From Hormiphora californensis (taxonomy: Eukaryota > Animalia > Ctenophora): DNA of 64,000 nucleotides. Below the pieces are notes generated by a model that made no database searches, was not told where the DNA came from, and was given only the letters and a program-made list of their open reading frames with translations. The stretch is taken from positions 6,319,404 to 6,383,403 of the forward strand of contig CM035362.1 in the NCBI GenBank assembly GCA_020137815.1, given 5' to 3'. Shown here piece after piece: positions 22,901 to 34,100 of the stretch. Within the stretch, counting starts at the first letter, position 1. Every line of letters begins with the position of its first letter. Made by a program: the position numbers and the translations under genes.

Positions 22901-25900
22901 GACCCCCCCCCCCCCTTCTCCTCAGATCTACGCCCTGTTGACCCCCCCCCTTCTCCTCAGATCTACGCCCTGTTGACCCCCCCCCTTCTCCTCAGATCTA
23001 TGCGCTGTTGACCCCCCTTTCCCTCAGATCTAGCCTGTTGACCCCCCCCCCTTCTCCTCAGATCTACGCCCTGTTGACCCCCCCCTCTTCTCCGCAGATC
23101 TACGCCCTGTTTGACCCACCCCCCCTTCTTCTCAGATCTACGCCCTGTTTGGACCCCCCCCCCTTCTCCTCAGATCTACGCCCTGTTGACCCCCCCCCCC
23201 CCCTTCTCCTCAGATTCTACGCCCTGTTGAACACCCCTTCTCCTCAGATCTACGCCCTGTTGACTCCCACCCCCTTCTCCTCAGGTCTACGCCCTGTTGA
23301 CCCCCCCCCCCTTCTCCTCAGATCTACGCCCTGATGACCCCCCCCCCTTCTCCTCAGATCTACGCCCTGTTGACCCCCCCCCCCCCCTTCTCCTCAGATC
23401 TACGCCCTGTTGACCCCCCCCCCTTTCTCCTCAGATCTACGCCCTGTTGACCCCCCCTTCTCCTCAGATCTACGCCCTGTTGACACCCCTTCTCCTCAGA
23501 TCTACGCCCTGTTGACCCGCCCCCCCCCTTCTCCTCAGGTCTACGCCCTGTTGACCCCCCCCCCCCTTCTCCTCAGATCTACGCCCTGATGACCCCCCCC
23601 CCTTCTCCTCAGATCTACGCCCTGTTGACCCCCCCCCCCCCTTCTCCTCAGATCTACGCCCTGTTGACCCCCCCCCCCCCCCCTTCTCCTCAGATCTACG
23701 CCCTGTTGACCCCCCCTTCTCCTCAGATCTACGCCCTGTTGACCCCCCCTTCTCCTCAGGTCTACGCCCTGTTGACCCCCCCCCCTTCTCCTCAGATCTA
23801 CGCCCTGTTGACACCCCTTCTCCTCAGATCTACGCCCTGTTGACCCCCCCTCCCCCCTTCTCCTCAGATCTACGCCCTGTTGACCCCCCCCCCCCTTCTC
23901 CTCAGATCTATGCGCTGTTGACCCCCCCTTCTCCTCAGATCTACGCCCTGATGACCCCCCCCCCCTTCTCCTCAGATCTACGCCCTGTTGACCCCCCCCC
24001 CACACTTTATAGATCTACGCCCTGTTGACCCCCCCCCCTTCTCCTCAGATCTACGCCCTGTTGACCCCCCCCCCCTTCTCCTCAGATCTACGCCCTGTTG
24101 ACCCCCCCCTTCTCCTCAGATCTACGCCCTGTTGACCCCCCCCCTTCTCCTCAGATCTACGCCCTGTTGACACCCCTTCTCCTCAGATCTACGCCCTGTT
24201 GACCCCCCCCCCCTTCTCCTCAGGTCTACGCCCTGTTGACCCCCCCCCCTTCTCCTCAGATCTACGCCCTGATGACCCCCCCCCCTTCTCCTCAGATCTA
24301 CGCCCTGTTGACCCCCCCCCCTTCTCCTCAGGTCTACGCCCTGTTGACCCCCCCCCCCCTTCTCCTCAGATCTACGCCCTGTTGACCCCCCCCCCTTCTC
24401 CTCAGATCTATGCGCTGTTGACCCCCCCCTTCTCCTCAGATCTACGCCCTGTTGACCCCCCCCCCTTCTCCTCAGATCTACGCCCTGTTGACCCCCCCCC
24501 CCTTCTCCTCAGATCTACGCCCTGTTGACCCCCCCCCCCCTTCTCCTCAGATCTACGCCCTGTTGACCCCCCCCCTTCTCCTCAGATCTACGCCCTGTTG
24601 ACCCCCCCCCCCCCCACACTTTATAGATCTACGCCCTGTTGACCCCCCCCCCCCCACACTTTATAGATCTACGCCCTGTTGACCCACTTCTGTCGAGCCC
24701 ATGCTGTTAATGAGGTGTTTGCAGTGGCATCTCATCGGAACCTGCCATCCTCTCACCCCGTTCTGAGGCTTCTCCACCCTCACATCCAGGGGATCATTGC
24801 CGTCAACGCTCAGGTGAGTTGTGTATAGTACCTATTGTAATCTGTGGAGTCTGACGTTTAGTTTAATGCAGTGTCAACAAGTTGACCTATGTATATTGGT
24901 GCCAATGCCCAATCTTACATCGTACACCCAGTGTCTTCTTTTTAGCCACATGTCACCTGCAACCTCTATTAACCCCTTGTAAAACCCCACACCCCATGTT
25001 CATTTCAGGCACGTGATCTACTAGTCAACCCGAAGAGCAGTGCCTTCAGTATGTTTCTATCTGCTGGTGATCACCTCCCGATAGCTTTTGATAACTATTA
25101 CAAACACGAGTTCAATTACCAGCGACTTATCGGTGAGAGAAAACCTCGAATAAACAAGAACCGAATGTAAGATAAACCTTGTTATTCTAATAAACAAGAA
25201 CCGAATGAATGAAATTGAAATTGAAAACCTTACTTTCACTGACCAAGGTAACAAGTGAGCTACTAATTAATTAATTAATTAATTAACAGCGTCCCTCCCC
25301 CTCCCCTACAGTTCCTGAAGATCTGAAATCACGGGGTGTAGATGATATGGGGGGAGCCTACCTGTTCGCTGATGACTCAACTGCCCTGTGGAACGCCCTC
25401 CTTAGGTAACATTTCAGGTCAATCCCATGCTCTGAAGGTACCTACTTTAATCCACCCTCCCTTATATAGTACATAACTCCCTCCCGCGCGTGCATCTATT
25501 CAATAGACGCACTGCAGAGCAGTGCGTCTATTGAGCTGTAATGCACGGGTCCGGAAGGGACCGTGCATTACAGCCTGTAAATCCCGAGCGTCAGCGAGGG
25601 GGTTTACAGGTATATCTGCACGCAAGGGAGGGAGGTTGTGTTCTATAGACCCCGCTGGCGGGCACCTAGAAGCAAAACAAGCACAAATTAGGGTGGTTTG
25701 CACAGAGAGAGCTCACACAAAACGGGTCAAACAGTTGGAATGAAGCTACAGAGTGCCTCTCTACATTCATACACCTCGTAACAATCGTCGTAACAGTTTC
25801 AAAGGGTGGAATGCAGAGATAGATTACAGTTAATTGTGGGTCATGAGCAACAGTTGCAACAGACTGGCGGGCGCCAAATCTAGACAGAGAGCGTTGTAGG

Positions 25901-27807
25901 GTTGTACACACACTCCCTCTTGTGTTTGTCATGTCATTTTATCGTGTTTCCAGTGAGTCTTTGTGATCTTTACACAAATCTGTCAGAGGGCGTGCGTCTA
26001 TCGAGACACAAAACTCACGGCAGTGCACGGCCCAATAGACCAGTGCAAATTGTTTGAAGCGCGCCGTGCGTCTATTTGAGCCGGCGGGGGGTCTATATAA
26101 ATGGGTCCATATCTTGACATTTGATGAACATTATGTTAGCATTGAATTGCGCTACCGGTCAAAAGATATTATTCTGGATAAAATTATTATTAATTATATA
26201 CCAAATATTCCGAATTGATCAGATCTCAATCATTACAGGTACGCTAGTGAGGTTGTGGAACTGTCCTATCCCTCCGATGACGATGTAGCCAAAGACAGAG
26301 AGCTACAAAGTTGGGTCACTAGAGGTACATCTCAAGTTCCAAACTTAAAATTCAAATAGTAACTCCTAGTATCATGTTTCAAATAGTAACTCCTAGTATC
26401 ATGTTTCAAATAGTAACTCCTAGTATCATGTTTCAAATAGTAACTCCTAGTAGCATGTTCAAAAAGGTATGAACCAAGCTAATACAACTTAATGCCCCTC
26501 TCTTCACTGCAGATGGTGGATGTGGGATTTGCAGGATTTGAGGACGGTGCTGGATTTCCCAGACAACTCCGGGACAGAGCCTCACTATCAGAACTAATAA
26601 CTGTCATTATATTCAATATCAGTGTGTTTCACGCTGCTGTCAACTTCCAGGTACAATTCCATATTTGGGTATATGACACTAATGACCATATATGGTCATA
26701 TATCTAACATATTCACTCCCAATTTGTAGTGTATTACCGTTCTTGGTTTCTACCCCAACTGTCCTGGTGTAATGATAAAATCACCTCCCTCTCAAGATGA
26801 GGTTATCACTGCTGACAGGCTCTGGGACTCACTCCCACCTAAACAGGTAGGATATGGAAACAAAGTTATTTGTTACTTACTCCAAACCAAGAAGCAATGA
26901 GTACATTATTTGACTGTGATTTTAGGAACACAAAAGGAGCACGTGCAAAAATATGTTTCAAATTAAAATTGAATACTCCTCTCCCTTCAGATTGCGTTTG
27001 TACAGGCTCACCTAGCGAATATGTTGGGTTCTCTGTCTCCTGTTGAGAAATTCTACCTGCCAACAGTGGAACGAAACAGGGGAGGTAAATCTTAACTGTT
27101 TTGTTTGTCTAAATTTAATTTTTTGAATTGTGCAAACTACCTCCCGTCCCCCTGTAATCCCCTTACCCCCTACCTCCCTCCCCTAAAATAACCCCCTATT
27201 ATAATTCTCCTGCAGGTTTGAGGGACGAAGTTAACCCACTACCTCCCCTATAATCCCCTATAATCCCCTAACCCCCTATAATAATTCTCCTGCAGGTTTG
27301 AGGGACGAGGTTAACATGGTTTGTCACGAACAAATATCCTAACCTCCTATTATTGTCCCAGGTTTGAGGGACGAGGTTAACATGGTTTGTCACGAACAAC
27401 TGTCATGTCACCCCCTACCTCCCATATAGGGCACTAACCCTAACCACCTTATACCTCCCCCTATCTCCTGCAGGTTTGAGGGACGAAGTTAACCCACTAC
27501 CTCCCCCCCCATAACCCCTAACTCCCTATAATCCCCTATAATCCCCTAACCCCTATAATAATTCTCCTGCAGGTTTGAGGGACGAGGTTAACATGGTTTG
27601 TCACGAACAAATATCCTAACCTCCTATTATTGTCCCAGGTTTGAGGGACGAAGTTAACATGGTTTGTCACGAACAACTGGCCTGTGTTGATAGACTTAGC
27701 TCATCTCTCAGAGATATACAAAACACTATAACAGAGAGGAACAAGGAAACGGAAATATTTACGATGTTATGAACCCTACCAATGTGCCCCTAACTACCCA
27801 GGCCTAG
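7949..27807 (+). CDS. Lipoxygenase (N-terminal PLAT domain + iron-dependent LOX catalytic domain), ~17 exons; several frameshifts as assembled
   Basis: Exons 7949-8100, 8318-8460, 12431-12539, 13817-13968, 15008-15163 (frameshift), 19200-19376 (tentative), 20754-20847, 21023-21107, 21278-21407, 24667-24813, 25009-25132, 25312-25405, 26239-26324 (+1 nt), 26513-26650, 26730-26846, 26991-27084, 27639-27807 (-1 nt). Motifs: PLAT YTFHIRTG...GEPKLLKIRLE...RFPVRNYL; WSLAKMYFRCSDSQ; THFCRAHAVNEVFAVASHRNLPSSHPVLRLLHPH; FHAAVNFQ. Confidence 0.92.
8737..12373 (+). mobile_element. CR1-type non-LTR retrotransposon, 5'-truncated, in LOX intron 2
   Basis: ORF1 remnant with Cys/His finger (CKFYHPVLC...CKMTH); ORF2 APE (LNARS, ITETW, GDFN, LDLVLT, SDH) and RT (NYRPVSLT, QHGFRKGRS, LYLDF), frameshifted after ~11060; C-terminal LYKALVRP / LMSLQRRRQR; (TTTGAA)n 3' tail 12341-12373. 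Confidence 0.92.
12816..13147. mobile_element. ~330-bp palindromic element; each arm contains a tRNA-like unit (divergent pair)
   Basis: Arms 12816-12972 and 12980-13147 are near-perfect reverse complements; 13018-13094 has acceptor stem gggtttg/caaaccc, A-box tagcttagtgg, B-box ggttcaattcc and a downstream T-run. Confidence 0.8.
13959..14890 (+). repeat. 23-bp minisatellite (~35 copies) = last 10 nt of LOX exon 4 + GTTAGT donor
   Basis: aaagcYaggg|gttagtgcgttgY; first donor GT at 13969. Confidence 0.93.
16330..17484 (-). CDS. Nested antisense gene or pseudogene in a LOX intron: beta-rich extracellular domain + sushi/CCP-like domain
   Basis: Exon ~17099-16675 PLQIKTNSSAGS...YSIGYC...LPVQPPEGVNKIWTI...CNGVEVLNYQF...CVPKWGGDVVEKI (a domain I recall from expanded ctenophore families); exon ~16510-16330 GKTVTINCQKKHVLDG..ERTC...WDSEVPIC (frameshifted); short first exon 17484-17431 ending in GTAAG. 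Confidence 0.65.
17780..18485. repeat. Degenerate CT-rich ~38-bp tandem repeat
   Basis: ctctcactccccgatgtctctccattcttttctatat variants; AG-poor on + strand. Confidence 0.9.
19546..20738. repeat. 37/39-bp minisatellite ending just before a LOX acceptor
   Basis: atatggtaaccatggtaactgcatRtcccacatgtgtct, ~31 units, with a ~490-bp higher-order duplication; acceptor AG at 20752-20753. Confidence 0.95.
21722..24685 (+). repeat. ~38-bp minisatellite (~75 copies) = polypyrimidine tract + acceptor + first 18 nt of the LOX iron-binding exon
   Basis: C(n)ttctcctcag|atctacgccctgttgacc; the last copy (ttatag|atctacgccctgttgacccacttctgt) continues as IYALLTHFCRAH. Confidence 0.95.
25465..26100. mobile_element. 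Probable non-autonomous DNA element in a LOX intron (second copy ~28375-29003)
   Basis: GC-richer block with subterminal inverted motifs aatagacgcac / gtgcgtctatt, flanked by TATA. Confidence 0.4.
27195..27678 (+). repeat. Six copies of the acceptor + 20-40 nt of the last LOX exon (repeated at ~30100-30590)
   Basis: cag|gtttgagggacgaRgttaac with AG ending at 27215, 27295, 27361, 27473, 27572, 27638. Confidence 0.92.
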
Positions 27808-27961
27808 CTCAACTGCAATTGCTATGACAACATTGTGTAATGATCTGTGTTAACCCGTCTGAGTGACATCTTCACAGGGTCGATAATTATGGCTGAGATT
27901 GATTGTGTTTGTAAGGTAAATTGTCTATTATAGGGTTAAAGGGGGAATATCCATGCTTCAG

Positions 27962-30855
27962 ATGTTTCTATGCTGGTGATCACCTCCCGATAGCTTTTGA
28001 TAACTATTACAAACACGAGTTCAATTACCAGCGACTTATCGGTGAGAGAAAACCTCGAATAAACAAGAACCGAATGTAAGATAAACCTTGTTATTCTAAT
28101 AAACAAGAACCGAATGAATGAAATTGAAATTGAAAACCTTACTTTCACTGACCAAGGTAACAAGTGAGCTACTAATTAATTAATTAATTAATTAACAGCG
28201 TCCCTCCCCCTCCCCTACAGTTCCTGAAGATCTGAAATCACGGGGTGTAGATGATATGGGGGGAGCCTACCTGTTCGCTGATGACTCAACTGCCCTGTGG
28301 AACGCCCCTCCTTAGGTAACATTTCAGGTCAATCCCATGCTCTGAAGGTACCTACTTTAATCCACCCTCCCTTATATAGTACATAACTCCCTCCCGCGCG
28401 TGCATCTATTCAATAGACGCACTGCAGAGCAGTGCGTCTATTGAGCTGTAATGCACGGGTCCGGAAGGGACCGTGCATTACAGCCCTGTAAATCCCGAGC
28501 GTCAGCGAGGGGTTTACAGGTATATCTGCACGCAAGGGAGGGAGTTATGTTCTATAGACCCCGCTGGCGGGCACCTAGAAGCAAAACAAGCACAATTTAC
28601 GTGGTTGACACAGAGAGAGCTCACACAAAACGGGTCAAACAGTTAGAAATGAAGCTACAGAGTGCCTCTCTACATTCCTACACACTCGTAACAATCGTCG
28701 TAACAGTTTCAAAGGGTGGAATGCAGAGAGAGATTACAGTTAATTGTGGGTCATGAGCAACAGTTGCAACAGACTGGCGGGCGCCAAATCTAGACAGAGA
28801 GCGTTGTAGGTTGTACACACACTCCCTCTTGTGTTGTCATGTCATTTTATCGTGTTTCCAGTGATTCTTTGTGATCTTTACACAAATCTGTCAGAGGGCG
28901 TGCGTCTATCGAGACACAAACTCACGGCAGTGCACGGCCCAATAGACCAGTGCAAATTGTTTGAGCGCGCCGTGCGTCTATTTGAGCCGGCGGGGTCTAT
29001 ATAAATGGGTCCATATCTTGACATTTGATGAACATTATGTTAGCATTGAATTGCGCTACCGGTCAAAAGATATTATTCTGGATAAAATTATTATTAATTA
29101 TATACCAAATATTCCGAATTGATCAGATCTCAATCATTACAGGTACGCTAGTGAGGTTGTGGAACTGTCCTATCCCTCCGATGACGATGTAGCCAAAGAC
29201 AGAGAGCTACAAAGTTGGGTCCTAGAGGTACATCTCAAGTTCCAAACTTAAAATTCAAATAGTAACTCCTAGTATCATGTTTCAAATAGTAACTCCTAGT
29301 ATCATGTTTCAAATAGTAACTCCTAGTATCATGTTTCAAATAGTAACTCCTAGTAGCATGTTCAAAAAGGTATGAACCAAGCTAATACAACTTAATGCCC
29401 CTCTCTTCACTGCAGATGGTGGATGTGGGATTTGCAGGATTTGAGGACGGTGCTGGATTTCCCAGACAACTCCGGGACAGAGCCTCACTATCAGAACTAA
29501 TAACTGTCATTATATTCAATATCAGTGTGTTTCACGCTGCTGTCAACTTCCAGGTACAATTCCATATTTGGGTATATGACACTAATGACCATATATGGTC
29601 ATATATCTAACATATTCACTCCCAATTTGTAGTGTATTACCGTTCTTGGTTTCTACCCCAACTGTCCTGGTGTAATGATAAAATCACCTCCCTCTCAAGA
29701 TGAGGTTATCACTGCTGACAGGCTCTGGGACTCACTCCCACCTAAACAGGTAGGATATGGAAACAAAGTTATTTGTTACTTACTCCAAACCAAGAAGCAA
29801 TGAGTACATTATTTGACTGTGATTTTAGGAACACAAAAGGAGCACGTGCCAAAAATATGTTTCAAATTAAAATTGAATACTCCTCTCCCTTCAGATTGCG
29901 TTTGTACAGGCTCACCTAGCGAATATGTTGGGTTCTCTGTCTCCTGTTGAGAAATTCTACCTGCCAACAGTGGAACGAAACAGGGGAGGTAAATCTTAAC
30001 TGTTTTGTTTGTCTAAATTTAATTTTTTGAATTGTGCAAACTACCTCCCGTCCCCCTGTAATCCCCTTACCCCCTACCTCCCTCCCCTAAAATAACCCCC
30101 TATTATAATTCTCCTGCAGGTTTGAGGGACGAAGTTAACCCACTACCTCCCCTATAATCCCCTATAATCCCCTAACCCCCTATAATAATTCTCCTGCAGG
30201 TTTGAGGGACGAGGTTAACATGGTTTGTCACGAACAAATATCCTAACCTCCTATTATTGTCCCAGGTTTGAGGGACGAGGTTAACATGGTTTGTCACGAA
30301 CAACTGTCATGTCACCCCCTACCTCCCATATAGGGCACTAACCCTAACCACCTTATACCTCCCCCTATCTCCTGCAGGTTTGAGGGACGAAGTTAACCCA
30401 CTACCTCCCCCCCCCATAACCCCCTAACTCCCCTATAATCCCCTATAATCCCCTAACCCCCTATAATAATTCTCCTGCAGGTTTGAGGGACGAGGTTAAC
30501 ATGGTTTGTCACGAACAAATATCCTAACCTCCTATTATTGTCCCAGGTTTGAGGGACGAAGTTAACATGGTTTGTCACGAACAACTGGCCTGTGTTGATA
30601 GACTTAGCTCATCTCTCAGAGATATACAAAACACTATAACAGAGAGGAACAAGGAAACGGAAATTATTTACGATGTTATGAACCCTACCAATGTGCCCCT
30701 AACTACCCAGGCCTAGCTCAACCTGCAATTGCTATGACAACATTGTTGTGTAATGATCTGTGTTAACCCGTCTGAGTGACATCTTCACAGGGTCGTATAT
30801 TATGGCTGAGATTGAGTTGTGTGTGTTGTAATGGTAAATATAGTCTATTATAGGG
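27962..30855 (+). repeat. Direct duplication (~2.9 kb) of the 3' part of the LOX gene (copy of 25051-27934)
   Basis: Near-identical exons and introns, starting mid-exon; differences are mostly 1-nt indels. This copy has the intact terminal exon ending YDVMNPTNVPLTTQA* at 30716. Confidence 0.93.
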
Positions 30856-31194
30856 AGAATATAAATAGTCGTGCCTGACCCTCAGGTTCATGGCTATTTT
30901 CCACTGTTATATAGTCAATACGTGATGCGTTTTGTAAATTATAGTAAGCTACGATGCATTGAGGATTTTATAAACAGCTGTATAATCTGAGCTTGAGTTT
31001 TAAATTTCACAGTTTTTCAAAGTAAAATAGTTTCATTTCTTTGTCTGCAACAGTTAAGTAATTTCATTCCTTGAGAAAGGATGCAAGATGGTGTCAATGA
31101 GTTTGGAGAGTGATCAGTGTCAGCACTGTAAAATGTCAACAAGGACTCTCCACATTAGTTGAGTAAGAACTGGTTACATCACTGGTTACTGGAC

Positions 31195-34100
31195 TCAGTT
31201 GTTGGTGGTTCCTATGGTTACTACACCCAGTTGTTGTTGGTGTTGGGGTTGGTCCTCGTATTCATTTTCAAGGCTTGATTGTTCAATAAAACTTGGTTCT
31301 GAGACACTAAACGTGCATGTACTGCTTTTATCCCATAACTCCTGAAAAGAAGAGAAGGGTAACCATGGTAACCATGGTAACCAGACTATGTAGGTAACAA
31401 TGGTAACGTACCTGGTTGACAGATAAGCGATGTGAATCACACCACCGGGGATGATTTAGTGTTCCATGTCGGTAAAGCAGAGAATTATCTCGCATCAGCT
31501 CTCGCCCAACCTGGACATGCAGGTTTAATTTGTCAGAGCATTGGCATGAGCGCAAGGCGAGGAACCAGCCCTCGCCTATAATAAACCTTGAGAGCTCAGA
31601 TTTCATAGGTAAAAAAGCCGTGACCTGAACCTGAGGTTCAGGCACGACTGTTCCCCCAAGCTAATCTCAAATACTAATATCTTGAATCTCTTGAATCTCT
31701 CTCTAATACACTGACCGGGTCGAGTTGAGCTGATATCCGTTCAATCTGAATGCATCTCTCCACCGTCTCAGCTGTCTCAATACTAATGACTGGCATTGGA
31801 ACAGCAGGGAAGTCAAACACTCCGCTACCAGCACCATGGTAACCATGGTAACCATGGTAACCACCACCTCCATTAGTTGAGTAGCTGTGGTCGGGGTGGG
31901 GTCGTGGCGGGTAACTGAAGTTATCATGATATTAGTGTCACTCTGATGAAAGTATACAATGACGCCATGTTTCTATGGTAACCAAGGTTACCATGATAAC
32001 AATGGTAACGATGGTAACCACGGTAACCATAACCTCATGCTGTGGTTTCTCCAGTATCTGGGTAGCGGTGCTGAGAGAGGTCTTCCACTGCTACTATGAC
32101 TGCCACCACAATCACCTATAAATACAAGTGGAGCTGTGGTCTTGGTATATTAGATCAAAAATTGGCCAGAAATGGGTCAGCAACGGGTAGAGTCTGAAAA
32201 TCTATCTAGTTTCATGACATAAAGCACTGCCCTAATTGGTTAACTATTAGAACCTAGTGGAGGTATGATCAATTAGCGAATTTAGTTTGGAGGTACCTAG
32301 TATTATAGGAGGAGGTGGAGTTATGACAAGATCATCTTCCTTCCTAAGACTCCTCAGAAACAGAGACATGTGTTTCAGGTAGGTGGGGCAGGTGACTAGG
32401 TAGGAGAGAGGGACGAGAAGCGAGCTGGTCTCCATTATTATCATGTCTATCTGGAGGAACCTGGAGAAGTTGTGTCTGGATTCCAAATTCTGGATTCCAA
32501 ATTCTGGATTCCAGATTCTGGACTCTGCAGATTCTGGACTCCAGATTCTGGACTCCAGATTCTGGATTCCAGATTCTGGACTCTGCAGATTCTGGATTCC
32601 AGATTCTGGATTCCAGATTCTGGACTCTGCAGATTCTGGATTCCAGATTCTGGATTCCAGATTCTGGACTCTGCAGATTCTGGATTCCAGATTCTGGATT
32701 CCAGATTCTGGACTCTGCAGATTCTGGACTCCAGATTCTGGACTCCAGATTCTGGATTCCAGATTCTGGACTCCGGATTCTGGATTCCAGATTCTGGACT
32801 CTGCAGATTCTGGATTCCAGATTCTGGATTCCAGATTCTGGACTCTGCAGATTCTGGATTCCAGATTCTGGATTCCAGATTCTGGACTCTGCAGATTCTG
32901 GATTCCAGATTCTGGATTCCAGATTCTGGATTCCAGATTCTGGACTCCAGATTCTGGACTCCAGGTTCTGGAATCCAGATTCTGGACTCCAGATTCTCGA
33001 CTCCAGATTCTGGAGGTTATTATATCGGGGGTTTCAAAATCTTCCAATACTAGATCATGTTTATCAATAACATGTCAGAACGCTTTTTCTTTCTTTTATC
33101 AAGCCAACAAAAACAAACTCGAGGCGAAACCAATTTATTTATTTAATAACTAAATATTTAGTAATTATGTAATTGGTTAGTAATTAGTTAGTAATTAATC
33201 AGTTTCTTACCATGATGGTATTAAAGATTTTGTTGCCAACGACCACACCCCAGCGCAGCAGTGAGGTGACATCGTCAGGAAATAGATACCAATCAGACAA
33301 CCTAGGGGAGGTTATTGTTTTCAAAATGTTTCAAACTTTTCAACACTACTTTAAACAAATTAATTTGAGTTTGCCGTCAATCGTTCCGATAACTGTGTTA
33401 GCATCTATTCTCTAATCTTTTAGATCTCTGTTAGACCTACTTTAAGTTAACTTACGAGTGATATCAGTGAAGAGTTTGTTGTTGGCCGGCGTGCAACGGG
33501 TGTTTTAGGATGACCGTTACGAGTAAATATGACAGTTGTATCACTAGGAGTGATTTTGAAGATGTGTTATCAGGAGAAGTATTTAATAATGATTATAAGG
33601 GTAGTGATTTATTGGTGTGCCTTGAGAGGGGTGACGCTGCTTGTCCGTCGTTTGTCCATAAGCCTCAGCTGTGGGATCTTCTCAAAGCCTGCTACAAAAT
33701 GCTTCCGGCGTCGGCACTGTTTTCTGTTCCTGGAGACCATTCTGATCTGAGAGAATCGTTTGCAAAACTTCACAAAGATCTAGTTTCGACTATATCTGCA
33801 CTAGTCAAACCTGTGGAGAATGGGAGAAGTGATGTTGGTGGTGGTGATCCAGAGGAACCGGTTACACCTACGATGAAACACTATGTGAATATTACAACTG
33901 GCAACAATGAGGGAGGAGAGCCAGGATTCTGTGCTAAGAAGTGGACTGATGAGGTCAAACCCAAAGTGGAAACTGCGTTGAAGACGATACCGGTGGTGAG
34001 ATCCAGAGTCAACAGTGACCATACCCGGCTGTATTTCCCTAATGAGGACCAGATGAAGGAAGCGGAGAAAGTCTTGACTCCTCTTGCACAGGACTGCTCC

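Noticed and set aside
17732-24528. ORFs in the CT-rich, GGTAACCAT and poly-C arrays
   Set aside because: Low-complexity repeat translations with shifting frames.
32247-33153. ORFs (ESRIWNPESGIQNL)n on both strands
   Set aside because: Minisatellite; only 32460-32297 is a supported exon.
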